64,000 nucleotides of DNA from Lingula anatina (lineage: Eukaryota; Animalia; Brachiopoda): positions 11,630,644-11,694,643 of the forward strand of contig CM120643.1 in assembly GCA_051362555.1 (NCBI GenBank), given 5' to 3'. Numbering within the stretch: the first letter of the stretch is position 1; every line of letters begins with the position of its first letter. The notes beneath the pieces are model-generated. The model was not told the DNA's origin and did not search any database. It saw only the letters and a program-made list of their open reading frames with translations. A program made the position numbers and the translations under genes. Positions 1 through 13,300 of this stretch are shown here, one piece after another.

Positions 1-1787
1 AATTGATTTACTTTTTGGCTATCGTTTATCCAGAGACAGTGAAATTTTGTTTTCAAGTGTGGATAATATCCCCCTGAGTTCCAGTCTCCTGGAAACTCGT
101 CTGTATGAACTGCATTGTGCTGTTTTAATGAAATAGTCTCTGTACTTCGGTACTCTGAACCTTAGGGGATTATGGGATAGGACTACAGGCAGGATGGCTA
201 TGGGGGTTTGAAAGAACTGCCTTTTGGTTTGAAAATTCTCTTTTCAAGATCAAAATTGAACCTTGGTTCTGTGCCATTTTTCAAGGTTGGGTCAACTAAG
301 GGGATGCGAAGGTCCACTTTTTCAGGAAAAGACCCCCTCCCTCCCTTTTAAAATTGCTGGCTTCAGGACTAGACTAACATGAAGTTGTTTCATAATATTG
401 GCAGTCTTGTTAGTTGTAGCTGCCACAGTTGGTTTAACTTATACCCATTTATCATTAATTTCCTTTGGCAGTTTCTGATAGGTTTGTAGTTTAAATAAAT
501 TGGAAAGCATTTCTGCCAACTCTACAGTAATTATCTTGTTTGAAACAGCGTTGGCACTTTTCTCCCTTTTCCTTGAAAATTGCATTCTTCAAGAATGATG
601 TGATTGGTTCTTTTTCTGAAAATTTTTCTCAGAAAATTTTATTGCGTCAATCTTTTGTAGAAGGGAATTTTCCCTAGTAGATTACAGCTTCACTTGTTTC
701 TGCATGTAGGTTGCTTTACTAATCAAGCAGATCAGCTATGGTTCCTTCCCGTGAGATTAAAACACTGTGACATCAAACATTGAGAATAGAAATAACTTAA
801 TTGGCAGGCCCCTATCCAGCAATTTCAAGGGGGGGGGGTATTATTATTATTATTATTTTTTCAAAAAGTGGACCTTTTATCATTAAACCTTTGTGTACCT
901 AAATCAATGCATTTTTAACCAAGAGCGGACCTTTTCCTGGCAAAAAAAGTGGTTCAAACCCCCCCCCCTTCTGTGGACCTGCTCGGTGTACCAAGACCTT
1001 GACAGAAATTTATTTTGTTTATGAATCGCAAAGACAATCTCTGTTATGATAGATAAAATCTGTGAGCAGTCTTTGTTTGCAGTCTTTTGCTAGAATTTAT
1101 TTGAAATGAGAGCTGACAGGTAAAAAATGGTTTGCTTTTGGTCCAAAGATTCTCTATCCATCTTTGTGTGAATTCCTCGTGAGATTATTTGTCAGAATTG
1201 TCTTCAGCATGGAGCATTGATCTGTTTAGCGTGATGGATATCCTTACGAGCTCAGAGTTTTCTCCCCAAGGGCTATGAAGTGGACTATTGAGATAATGCC
1301 ACATATTTAATCCTGCCAGTTATCCTTATTAAGAACTGATGAGATGTGCAGATGCCATGGTGCATAATGAAACGCATTCAAAATAAAAATGCGTGGAAGG
1401 AACAAATGCTGTTGCATGTGGACGTATTGGCATGCAAAAGCATGCATATACACTTTTAAAGACATGCATGTGCATCTCATACACTCATGCATATATGTAT
1501 GCACACACAGTAATTGAGTCATGACTTGGTTGCAAACTATGCCAGAATATTACATATTCTTACTCCATTAAAATACTGTAGTAAGACCACATCCTTCAAG
1601 GACGTTGAAAGTGATCTAGGCAAAATATAAAATGCATTGTTTACATGCATAGCACTTGTTGAGTAGGTTTGTAGACACATTTCTGATGAAGAAGTACATG
1701 CATATATTCCACACACATTTGTCTGCCTCTTCAGTATTTGACAACAAATACAAGATTATCCAAAATTCCATTGCCTATCAACTTCAA

Positions 1788-1791
1788 GAAA

Positions 1792-1833
<42 letters not shown>
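1788..1833. repeat. (AAAT)n microsatellite; similar tracts at 4323-4360 and 37993-38058
   Basis: Read directly from the sequence. Confidence 0.95.
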
Positions 1834-1836
<3 letters not shown>

Positions 1837-4092
1837 AACGGATATAGAATGATATGCTTTCAGATTAGCATATCCTATACCAGACAACCTGCTATGATGG
1901 TATACTATAATAGTTATGTAAACCCATCTTCACTGGAAACGCACCTTAACATTCATCTGAGCATGACTCGTTTCTTATTCCTCGACATGGTAATCTCTCT
2001 TGAGTTGTCAGCTAGGTCTGGGAGATCAATACTATCAATACTTAAAAACTTTTACGTCAACAATGACTGACAAAAATGGCAGGAACTCTTTGATGTACAT
2101 GAAGAGCTGATCTGGACTGATCGTTGTCTCCAGATCTGATCACTTTCTCCTTTTAACATGGCAGGTTTTGCTTTTATCCCATAGCTGACAGAACGTCCAT
2201 GTTTATGTAGAACTACCATGAGCTCATGGATCTTTTTTTATACTGGGTTAACATTTCAAGAGATTTAACTACATTAAAAAGGATGTGCAGGAGTTAGGAG
2301 TAGAGGAGGACCATATGCAAGATAGTTGTGGGTGTAGGCATGCTATTGGCCGTGATGACCCCCTAAAAGCATTAGATAGTGGAGTTAATGTGCTGAGTGT
2401 TTTCCTTACATACTTAGACCATCTTTCATAAATGATTTTACGCATTAATTTCATTTCAATATGATGTTTAGTAAAACCTATGTTGCTGCTATTAAGTAGA
2501 AGAATCTATACTTGTATAGTTATTTTAAGTTTTTTGTCTGGATTATTGTACCGATTAGTCCATTATTGAGATATATTAGACTAGACGTTAGTTTTCTACA
2601 AAGTTGTCTTGTACTTTCTTTACAAGGCTAATACATTTCGGAAATAGCTAACAATAATGAGTAGAAAGTAAGCATGTTGTGATGTGGATTGATTGGAAAA
2701 GAAAAATGAATAACTCGCCCTGACTGGAATAAGTTCCTCACAAGAGCCAATTATTTCATGTAAATCCTGTGGAGACTGTAATATGATCTCCCTGTTGTGT
2801 CTTTTGGACCAAATCGTGTGAAATGATCAACGCTTTGGTAATCATCTGCGCCACTCATTACATGGTATGACTTGATCAATCAATACAGGCTGGCTGGTGC
2901 TTTATGAAATATACCAGACCTTGGCAGCAGATACTGTCTCAGTATTGTGTAGATTTTAACAAGTTTTTTTTTAATTTGTAAAGCAAAGTAGTAGAGGATT
3001 GATATCTGGGCTCAAGACAGCAAGAGCTTTGTCTAGGTCTAAGGGGAAGGTCATAATGTCTACCCAGGTCATATTATGAAAGAAAATCAATGCCAAGTTG
3101 TCAGAAGGTGCTAAAGCACTTTATATTACCTATTGTGGAACTAAATTGTTAGTAGTAATTTGCAAAATATATGTGTGAACAATACTGCAGCAATTGCATC
3201 TAGGAAAGAAAGTCTTGGAAGTTGATGTGCCCAGGTATTGAAAATTACAAATAAAATGATTTATTTGACCAGGTTCAGAACTGATTTGCAATTCTCGGAG
3301 ATTAGGTTTTTCGCAAGACTAATGATATCCTATTCATGAGTGGAAGTAGATGAAGAAGAAATGAGAAAATAATCAAATAAGCTGCGATTGATCATAATGA
3401 GGTGTGAATCGGTATCGATCCTCTGCCACGTCAGGTAGTTCTAAGAATACTAACCAAAGGATGGTAGAAATTAGTTTGAAAGCAGTTTTTGAAATATTAA
3501 CAGGTTGTGTTCAAAACGGAGGCCGATGCTTCAAAATATAATTTAAATGTGACTAAGTAATTTGTCAGCAAAGTGTGATAGTGCCTGTGAATCCAGGAAG
3601 TAATCAGATATCAGGATCAAAACTGATGCTATTGCATTAGTATATGACCTGCAGTAGAGTTATGAAAATTCCCTCTGGATTTTTTACACAGCCCATCTTG
3701 ATCATTGTGTTAGATGAGACAGATTGTGTTAGGTGATGTTAATGTCATCTTGGGTGAGACTGATTGCATTCAAATGGAATTGCAGTAGATTTTTGTTTGT
3801 GTAAAAATATTGATGCTGGTAATAAACAAAGATTTTAAGTTATTATATAGGGCATTTGTGAAACTTGCCATGTCATCATGTGTATTTAGTATTTTTACAG
3901 AGATGCCAGCATGACAGTTCTCAAAATACGTAGATCAACTTAATAACAAAAGAATAATAGTGAACACCTGCAAACAAAGGGAGTCTGTCCTAGTTAATAG
4001 GTAAAATAAGTGTAAATAAAAAGAAAGGCAAATTTTTTGTTTAAGGAGCAAGTAAATTTAAGTTAACTTTCCTTAAAATCAATTTCTTCCAG

Positions 4093-4310
4093 GATTGTGT
4101 TCTGCGCCATCACCATGAAGAGGTATGTGGAAGCCAACATCTCGCAGAAGTCACACACCACCATCAAGTACTTCATGAAGATGATCAGCAGCGTCAGTGA
4201 GACTGTGATATTCGTGTTCCTTGGCCTCTCAACTGTGGTGGATACCCACGATTTCAATGTGGGATTTGTCCTCCTCACTCTGGTCTTCACACTCATATAC
4301 AGAGTCATAG
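4093..4310 (+). CDS. NHE: NHE exon ([17 protein letters not shown]...YRVIG)
   Basis: cag acceptor ends 4092, gtagat donor at 4311; conserved NHE transmembrane sequence. Confidence 0.95.
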
Positions 4311-4324
4311 GTAGATAATAATAT

Positions 4325-4359
<35 letters not shown>

Positions 4360-7300
4360 TAGTACGAAATCCATTTAAAATAAACAGTAAATTTTACATT
4401 AAGTGCTCAAGAACACAATTACCAAGATAACTAAGAATGAAAAATTATTAAGAAAGATTAGCAATCTAGATTTTAAAAATGACCTAATTCCCACATGAAA
4501 CAAATTACAAGTAAGATAATCAATAATTGCAGTTCTTTAAAAAAATCCATTTTTAACTCCTTTCTAAAGTTATCAGTTGATTCACTTGAGATAGTTTTGA
4601 TGTGAAACGTGCAGGTTGGAAGTCTACTAATTTGGTTGAAATGTCAGACGACCAAGTGTTAACTGTTAATTTTACGAAACCAGTGACATTTTATTTGAAA
4701 GTTAATCAGGACATTTTAGGTGAACAGTTTCACTTATCCTGTAGAATGAGAATCAGGAATATGTATCAATCAGGAATATATAACTTGCACTAAAAGTTGA
4801 ACCATCTAGCCCTATTTCACTAAATGAGGTGACCAGACCATCCTTGTTTCCCGGGTGAGATCAAACATCGGTTCAAATATTTCTAACATTTCCCCCTGTT
4901 ATTCGTTCAATATTTCTTTCATTTTTTTCCATCGTCAACACATTCCTCCTGAACATGCTCAACATGTCATGTGGTGTCTTAAATTTCTATCAAACATGTT
5001 CAGTCTAAAGAATAAGATGGAGCTTGCTTTACCAAGTCTGATGCTTCAAGACATTTCGTGTGTTTCAGGTGTGATAATCCAGTGTGCCATTGTGAATCGA
5101 TTCCGTCTGCTTAAACTGAGCAAGGTTGACCAGTTTGTGATGTCATATGGCGGCCTCAGAGGGGCCATTGCCTTCTGTCTTGTGATACTCCTGGATGCCA
5201 AAGTTATACCTGAGAAGAGGATGATGATCACTGCGTGTATTGTGGTGGTCTTCTTCACTGTGTTTGTACAGGTGAGACGAGAAAAAATCCTTTCAGTATA
5301 ACTTTATAGAAACACTCATATCAAACATACTGAAGGACAACATCTGCAGATAATGTTGGTGGTATTTTTCCTTGTGTTGATAATTAGCTCTTGTGTTCTT
5401 TTTTTTTTTATCATTATTTAATAAATGAATTGTTTCAAATTTTCCATTCTTTAATGTGATCATTCTAGGGAATAACAATCAAGCCATTGGTGAATATTTT
5501 GAAAGTGAAGAAATCAGAGAAGCACAAACCCAGTATGAATGAGCAGTTACATGAAAGGGTAAGAAATGTATACACTGCATGAACAAACATCTTTCTACTC
5601 CCCATGGAATAAATTTTGATACTGTAAACATGAAGTGAAAAATTAAATTTGAATAATATGTTACAATGTAAGCTCAATCAATTACTTTTGAATATGAGGA
5701 GAGAATATTTTTGATTCATCATCTTCACAGAAATGAGGTCATAATAATATTTCTTGTTTTAGGCTATAGACCATGCAATGGCTGGGATAGAGGACATCAC
5801 CGGTCACCATGGACACCACCACCTTAGAGACAAGTAAGGGCCCATTTCCAATTAAACTATTGTTCTAGGTAGATAGGTCTAATTTCTCGGTGACTCTTGC
5901 TGAATACAATCAGATTAACTGAGTGACATGACTTCTCTTGTTTGAGACATACTCAGATAATCACCAGCTTTTCTGGCTTTTCTGTATACTCAATGTCAGG
6001 AGAAGGCATGTCAATCTTTTAATGTGATTGCATTTAGCCAGAGTCCCTGCGGAGTTGGCGCCATCTATGTAGAAAGATAATTTCCTTGGGAATGGGCCCA
6101 AAGATGTGGTTCTGGTACTTGGCTCTACAAAAAGTAAAAAGATACAAAATGGATCAAATGGCTATGATATAAAGGATGTACAGATTGCACCTACATTTAT
6201 GATCATACAGCATCACTACACAAGTGCTGGTTCCTTCAGACCATAAATAAAATGGGCTGCCATTGTATGGAAAATCATGGTCTTTTAGAAAAGTTTGAAG
6301 TTGAATTGAAGTTGAATACAGTCAACATTGACCTTAATGTGAACCTGGTATTTAAAAAGTTCTTATGTTTCTCATTAAGGAGAATGTTTTCTTTTTCAAA
6401 TTTCCTTTCAATGGGTCTATAAACTTTACAACCAAAATTATGAATCATAATGCCTTTTCTTTGTATAATATTCCATGCTGCATTTGGAAAACTCTAACCT
6501 CTTGAGTGTCTGGAATTGTAGCACAAACTACATAGGAGATGAATTCCTTTAAATGCAACTACACTGATTGTTTCAGGTTTGAAAATTATGACAACAAATA
6601 TCTTAAGCCACTTTTGCTACGAGAGCGTCCAGTGACCCGTGAGACAAAGATTGTGAAAGTCTCAACAAATTTGAGTTTACGAGATGCTATGGACCATTTG
6701 GCCAAACATGGGTCATTTGCAGTATCCAATGATCTGTACAATGGGAATGAGACTTCACTGGCAAAACTGATAAGGAATTATTCAGCGAGCTCATTGTAAG
6801 TACTTGTGAAAGTTTTATAGCCCAGACTGCTAGTTCACTGAAATTTTCAGCATTGTCATTTTTTTTTTATGAAATATGGTGAAAGCTGAAGGGCTGAGGT
6901 GAGAAGGTTGGGAAGACATGGGATGGAAAGAGTACCTTACCAAAATTAACAGTTTCCATGAAAAAATTATCTTTTTAACTGGTGTAGTTTTTATTGGGGA
7001 AAGTTCTTACTTTTTTGATCATCCTGTATTGTTGTGTCCCATTTCAGAAGAAACGAAATGAAAAACAAGTAAGATGAGACTTTTCTTTGCTTTAAGCTAT
7101 GATTTGAAAAAAGGCGTGGCAAAATTTATTTTTGTGGACAGGATTGTCATGATTTTAAGTCTGTTATTTCTTTTGAGTCCTTGGGTACCACAAAGTAGTT
7201 CACAACCTGGTGTATTTCTGTATAGGAGTAAATTTTTTTTTTGAAAAAATTGTAATGTTATAAAAAAGTTGGAAATTGTTTTGGCAGAAATGCTAAACAA

Positions 7301-10300
7301 CCAAAAAATATATGTACCCCTAATTTTCTTCATAACAAATTTGGATTGCTTAAAAATATTTGTATCACAGTTTGTGACAGAAAAAATACGAAAAAAAAAA
7401 CTTGCATTAATGAGATATCTGTGAGTAATAAACTTTGGGTTATGAGAAAGTTTGAAAAATTTGTGGTTTTTGTTAGGCTAAAGATCACCAGGTTGTGTTT
7501 TGTTTGAAAAAATATGATTATTTGGCTAAAAAAGCAAAAAGTGGGTGTTTTTTCTTGGCATATGCAGTGAAAGGCCCAGACAATTATTTTTTCTTCTTTT
7601 CAGCAAGATGATGCTAATCAAGTTTTGTCACTTTATTTTATTGCTTTGCCTTTATCTTTTGAATGTATAATTTTGCTTCTTATCCAAATAGACATTAGAA
7701 TTAATATTTAATTTCAGACATTTTCCATTGGGTTATATGCCCCCAGCAGGTTTGAGGTACTATTATAAACTGTATTTTGTTTCTCCCCTCACCATGCAAA
7801 CAAACCAGTATAGAACCAAACCAAATCCTCTTCTTCTCTCTACCTGAAGGCCCATTCCCAGTGAACTATCATTCTATGTAGATCAACCACACTCCACAGG
7901 GATTCTCGCTGATTGCAATGAGATTAACAGATTGCCACGCCTCCTCTTGTTTCCAATGTACTTCTGTTATCGCCTCCTTTTCTGTATTCTACAGGAAGAG
8001 GTGAGTTAATCTGATTGCATTCAGCAATATTTCTGGCGTAGTTGGATAGATTTACATAGAGTCTGATCATCAAGTTTGGGAGAGATGGAGATGTTGCAGG
8101 AAAATGAAAACCTCGATTAGTCGTTTTTTCCAAAAAGCGGTGCCTTAATCCTTTTTTGTTTCATTTTTGTAGTAGTTAAATTTACTTTTCTCCATACATG
8201 TTTGAATTCTCAAGTCTTAGCATAACATGTCTGAGTCTTAAATAGAAGAACTTTTTGTTTTAAACAGAATTCATTTCCTTCTCATTATTAAACAAGTGCA
8301 TTAAATTGTTCATTTTGACTTCTACTAATTTATTTGGAACATAAAAATCAGGGCCAGAAATTTAACATAATTTTTCAGTTTAAAATTCTTTTTGTCAGGC
8401 TTGAGATATTTTGTCAAGTTGATGAAGGTGGAAATAGAGAAAAGAGGATCTGGATTTATAAAGACAGGCCCATAGCCAGGGGGTGGTGGTTGGGGGGGGG
8501 GGGGGGGGGCCAATGAACTTCTCTTTTTGATGGGAATGGTCTGCTCTGGATAAAATTTGATTAAGGTACACATCTGGAAAAAGATCCACTTTTTCAGAAC
8601 CCCTCCTCCTTTGAAATTGCTGGCTACGGGCCTGAAAGATTTCACTTCCCCTTCCCTGTTTCAACACACTTAAATTTTCTCCAGTCATGCCCCTGCATTT
8701 TGTCTATGAAATAATACAAATACTGCATGATTTTTTGTTTTTGTATCATCACCAAATTGTCATTACACTGTACCTTTTTATTGATTACCTTTCACAACTG
8801 AAAAAGATGGCACTTATAATATTATTTGTTGATATTCACTATGTATTTATGAGTCCTTTATCTATGATACTGTTGTGAAATGTGAACCTGATAAAAAATA
8901 TGTATTTACCTCGATACAGATTAGTCTTGACTACTTTGTGTGGTGTGTATTAATCTGTTATTTTTATATTGCTGTGAGGTATTATAAGTTTTTAGTATAT
9001 TTACTTAGTTTACTATGCAGCAGTCATGTTAAGTAAATATATAATGTGTTAGCACACTTTCATGTTTTAAATTTTCATACATGTATCATGGTGAAAACAT
9101 CCATAATGGTTTGTCTCCTCTCCGGGTATTTATCTGCTGTGTGACATTGCTGTGAAACTGGTGATATTTTTACATATACAATTTATGCGAACAGAGACTG
9201 TACTGTATTCAGTAATTGGTGCTGAATTTTTGGGATTTTTTAGAGGGACACCTTAAGCTAAACATAAACATGCTAGCCTGACTCTGTGATAGTGTAATTA
9301 AGTCAAATTCTAGATTTGGTATGTGTGAGCACTGCTGTTTTTGATAGTATTTTTGCTATTAATGTGGAAAAAAGTTCATGCCACCCTAGGGTTGTAATAT
9401 CTGTTTAACCCCCCCCCCCCCCCCCCCCTTCCCCTCTTCTCGCCTTGTGCATACCACTCTACCTGTATAAAAATGTCTATAATCTAGCAAAGGAAATGAT
9501 TCATACTAAGGTGGCCGGGGGGTACTTCATTCTCTGTTCACTGCAAGGCATGATGAAGTTATTTGGTTCACAGATTACAAGTTCATTCACACAGTGACTC
9601 ATTATCTTATATGCAAAGCATAATATTCCAAATTTTTTACTGCTACATATTGTGAGGACATGATGCTGAGGTCTTTGTAAGATGGATCATTGCTTCAGTT
9701 CATTGTAATCATTCTGTGAGCATTTCATTTTAAGCTGTTGTTGTTCTTTTTTTAAAGTTTTGTGATATTGACCGTAAAAATGTTGTTATTGTAGCCACAG
9801 TCAACAGAGTGATCATGCAGACAGGGAGGGAGGCATCACCCCCAACAGCACGTGTATTGACATGCAGGCCATTGAGGCCCACTACTGCAAGAAGATAGCA
9901 GACGACACCAAAATTCACCATATTTTGGATAACAGTTTGTTTAAGCCAAGGAAACGGGTAATTTTTGCATGTGAAACATTGAAGAATCAGTTTGTTAAAT
10001 CAGTGTAGTGATTTTTTTTTAATATACAGAAAAACTATGTGTAATTTAAAAGGAATGCAGACAGTGCAGGTATTTTCCTATAGCTTGCTCAAGATTATAT
10101 TTCAACCAAGAAAGTAAATGGATTTTATTCGTGATGAGATGGCTGGTAAATCCCATCTATCTTCATCTGTCGGTTAACTTTCATGGAAGATGATATTTCA
10201 TTGGGCATTCAGTTGATATGTGGTTTTGGTTCAGATTCTTTACCTACCATTACTTCCCAGGGGCAGCCTTGGAGAAATTGCAAAAAACAATTATTGGGAA

Positions 10301-13300
10301 AATAATGTTATATGAATGAATAACTGCATGTCGGACTGAAGGATTAGAACCCAATAAATTTGGAAAGATATTACTACTTAGTTGATCTATTGAGATTTTT
10401 TATTGTTTGTGGCAAGTAATGAATTTTACTTTCCAGTGAAAATGTCCATAATTTTAACTTTCTTTGCTATATTCTTCATATTTGTGAAAATAAGGCTGCT
10501 GCTATACAAGTTAATCTGAATTGGCAGGATAGTCAGTTGTTTAATCTATAGATAGCAGTTGTTTTTAGAATCAAGGGATGTAAAATGCAGATATTGTTTC
10601 AAAACATATTGATCAAGTACCTTATGCTTATTTTATGGGTAAAGCTTATACATATTGGTAAGATTTGATTATGTTCTGATGCCATATATTGTCAGTTTCC
10701 TTTTTGAATTAGTTATGTTAAAAAAAGCTTTGGTGAAAGTGTTAGTTTTCGTCATGATTCACTTGTACATTTCTTTCTTGACATTGCAGTGGACTAAGCA
10801 CCAGAAGCATGAACTGGACACAGAAAATCATGCTCCGTTCCGACATAAGGCTCGTCAGCATATCCGTCACATGATCAGCCAGCATCAGATGAAGCGCAAC
10901 GCCAATAAGGCCAAGGTCAATAAAAACGGCACAAATGGAAAAAGTAGTAAAAATGGTGGGGTTAAATATTTAAACGTCCCTGGAGAAACTGTGCAGAGAA
11001 AACCAACCAAAAATGTCAGTTTTGCTGACGACTTGGATACGGAGGGCAAAGATCATAGTAAGTGTTTGATACGGAATTAAGGTAAAATAAATCACAAATG
11101 GAAGTCGCTTGGAAGTGACACACTTGTATCTGAAATTGTAGATTGTTTCAGAGGAGCCATCACAACCCAGTAACACAACTAAGACATTTTCTGCTTGATC
11201 ATAGAGGCACCAGTAATATAATGTACAGCATTTTTACCCACTGCCATATTACATGTTAAGTCTTTTGAAACTTTTTATTTAGATTGCGTTGCATTTTAAA
11301 TACAAAGCACCTTCATGTGCATCAATTTGATTTGACCCATCAACCATACAAATTTATGAAAGTTAAAAATAGATGAGTAAAAGTACATTGTCTTGAAGTA
11401 CTTAGAAGTGGTGAATGTTTGTTGCTTTTATACATTAGTGGATATGTGATATTGTGTCAAACTTCACCTAAATTTTAAAATGAAAATTCAATTTTTGGAC
11501 CATGAAGATTTTTCATCTGTTTATTGTAGGAGAGCCTCCAGTTAAGTGTAGGTTCAGTGACGTCACTGAAGACAAAGAGGAGGATTCTGATTCCAGCTCG
11601 GAGGCAGGGATCATGTTTACTGCTGGACCAACGGAAGATGAAGAGTCTGAGCCTGGTGAGTAGAAACAGACTGTAGGGGGCAGCACTTTTTCTGTTTCAG
11701 ATTTTTTTTTTTGGTTTATGTAAATGTAGCATTTTGGGATCATCCATTTTTATCATAATTTTCACAAGTCTACAAAGAGTAGAAATTTTTCAGACCCTCT
11801 CTCCCCTCCCTTCATTTAGAGAATACAAGGTGAAACGCTAAAAATGGTGACCTTTGTCAGCACACGCTAGGGGGTGAAGATAATCATTTTTACTATTTTT
11901 CCAAAAGTGTGCGGAGGGCATTAACACACCCGCACCTGGTGTATGCTTTGTAGACTTATGAAGTTGATGATAGATTGTATGACCCCTTTGTTTTATAGTT
12001 CAGTTTGTTGCATTTGTTAGACATACAGCATATCCTGTGACACTGAATTCTACAGTTAAGAGGCAGCTAATTTTTAGTATCTTTTCTAATATTATAAGGT
12101 AGAATATAAACTGAAAACTTAACACTTGTATTGAATCTTTTTCTTTTTTACCTCTATATCAAATTAAAAAACGTAAATTTAGTGGTAGAATTAAATGCTT
12201 ATTGTAATAATTTCTTAGTTGATTATCTTCTTAATTTGGCATTGTTGTTGTTATTGCTCTTATTATTGCTATTATTTTTTTGAATGTGGCAAAGATACAT
12301 GTAGCAAATGAATGCTTTTACCCAAGTTATTAGTTTGATGTTTTACTTGTTGTATTTGTTTTGTAATTGTGTGTTGTGAAGATGATTTGGTTGATTTGAT
12401 TTATAATTCTGAACTCACACATTTGCTGATGTTGTCTTTCAATCCTCACAGGCAAAAACAAGGAAAAATGTATGTTTAAAGATTTCTAGTATTTGGCATT
12501 ATATTTATTTTTTAATACTTTTTTTTGCTGCGTGGTTCATTTGTACACGTTTGCATTATTGGTTTTTACTCTTTAATATTTGTGTATTCTTCATGCATTT
12601 TGACTTATCAATAAAAATAATTCTTAAAGCTTGCATACATTCAAATAACACTTAAATAATACAAATGGTGATTGGTGAAACCAAAATTAAAATTTAAAGG
12701 AATTTGTAAATAGAATATGTTGGGCAAATATATTTTATTCAATAACCATTATTTTGGTATCACCATAAACAACCATAAGAACTAAAACATTTCATTGCAT
12801 GCAGTTAAACTCTTCATACATTGGCTTGACTGTGGTGTTATGCATGCAGTAAACCTCTATATTACAATCAACTCACATAAAGCATATATGGCATACTGCT
12901 AAACTAACTAATTCAGTATTTTAGACTGACACCTAAAACTAACGTGACATAAAGACAAGGAAAATTTTAAGGCTCATTCCCAATGAAAATGTTGTTCTAT
13001 ATAGATCAGTCCAACTCTGCGGGGACTCTTGCTGAATGTAATCAGATTAACAGGCCTCTTCTTTAACTCATATAATCACCAGCCTTTTCTGTATTCTACT
13101 CAATACCAGGAGCAGGCATGTTAATCTGCTAATTTGACTACATTCCACGAGAGTCCCAGAAGTGGATCTATGTTGAATGATAGTTTTATTGGGAATGAGC
13201 CCTTAGAAAAGACATGGTTCCAATGCACCAGATTTTAGAGAGATGATGTTGATGGGCAATTTGGAAATATTTCTGCGCAAAGATTTTTTGTTTTACATGA

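Noticed and set aside
1-4092. Additional upstream NHE exons
   Set aside because: I saw no frame with NHE transmembrane motifs, so I treated it as intron.
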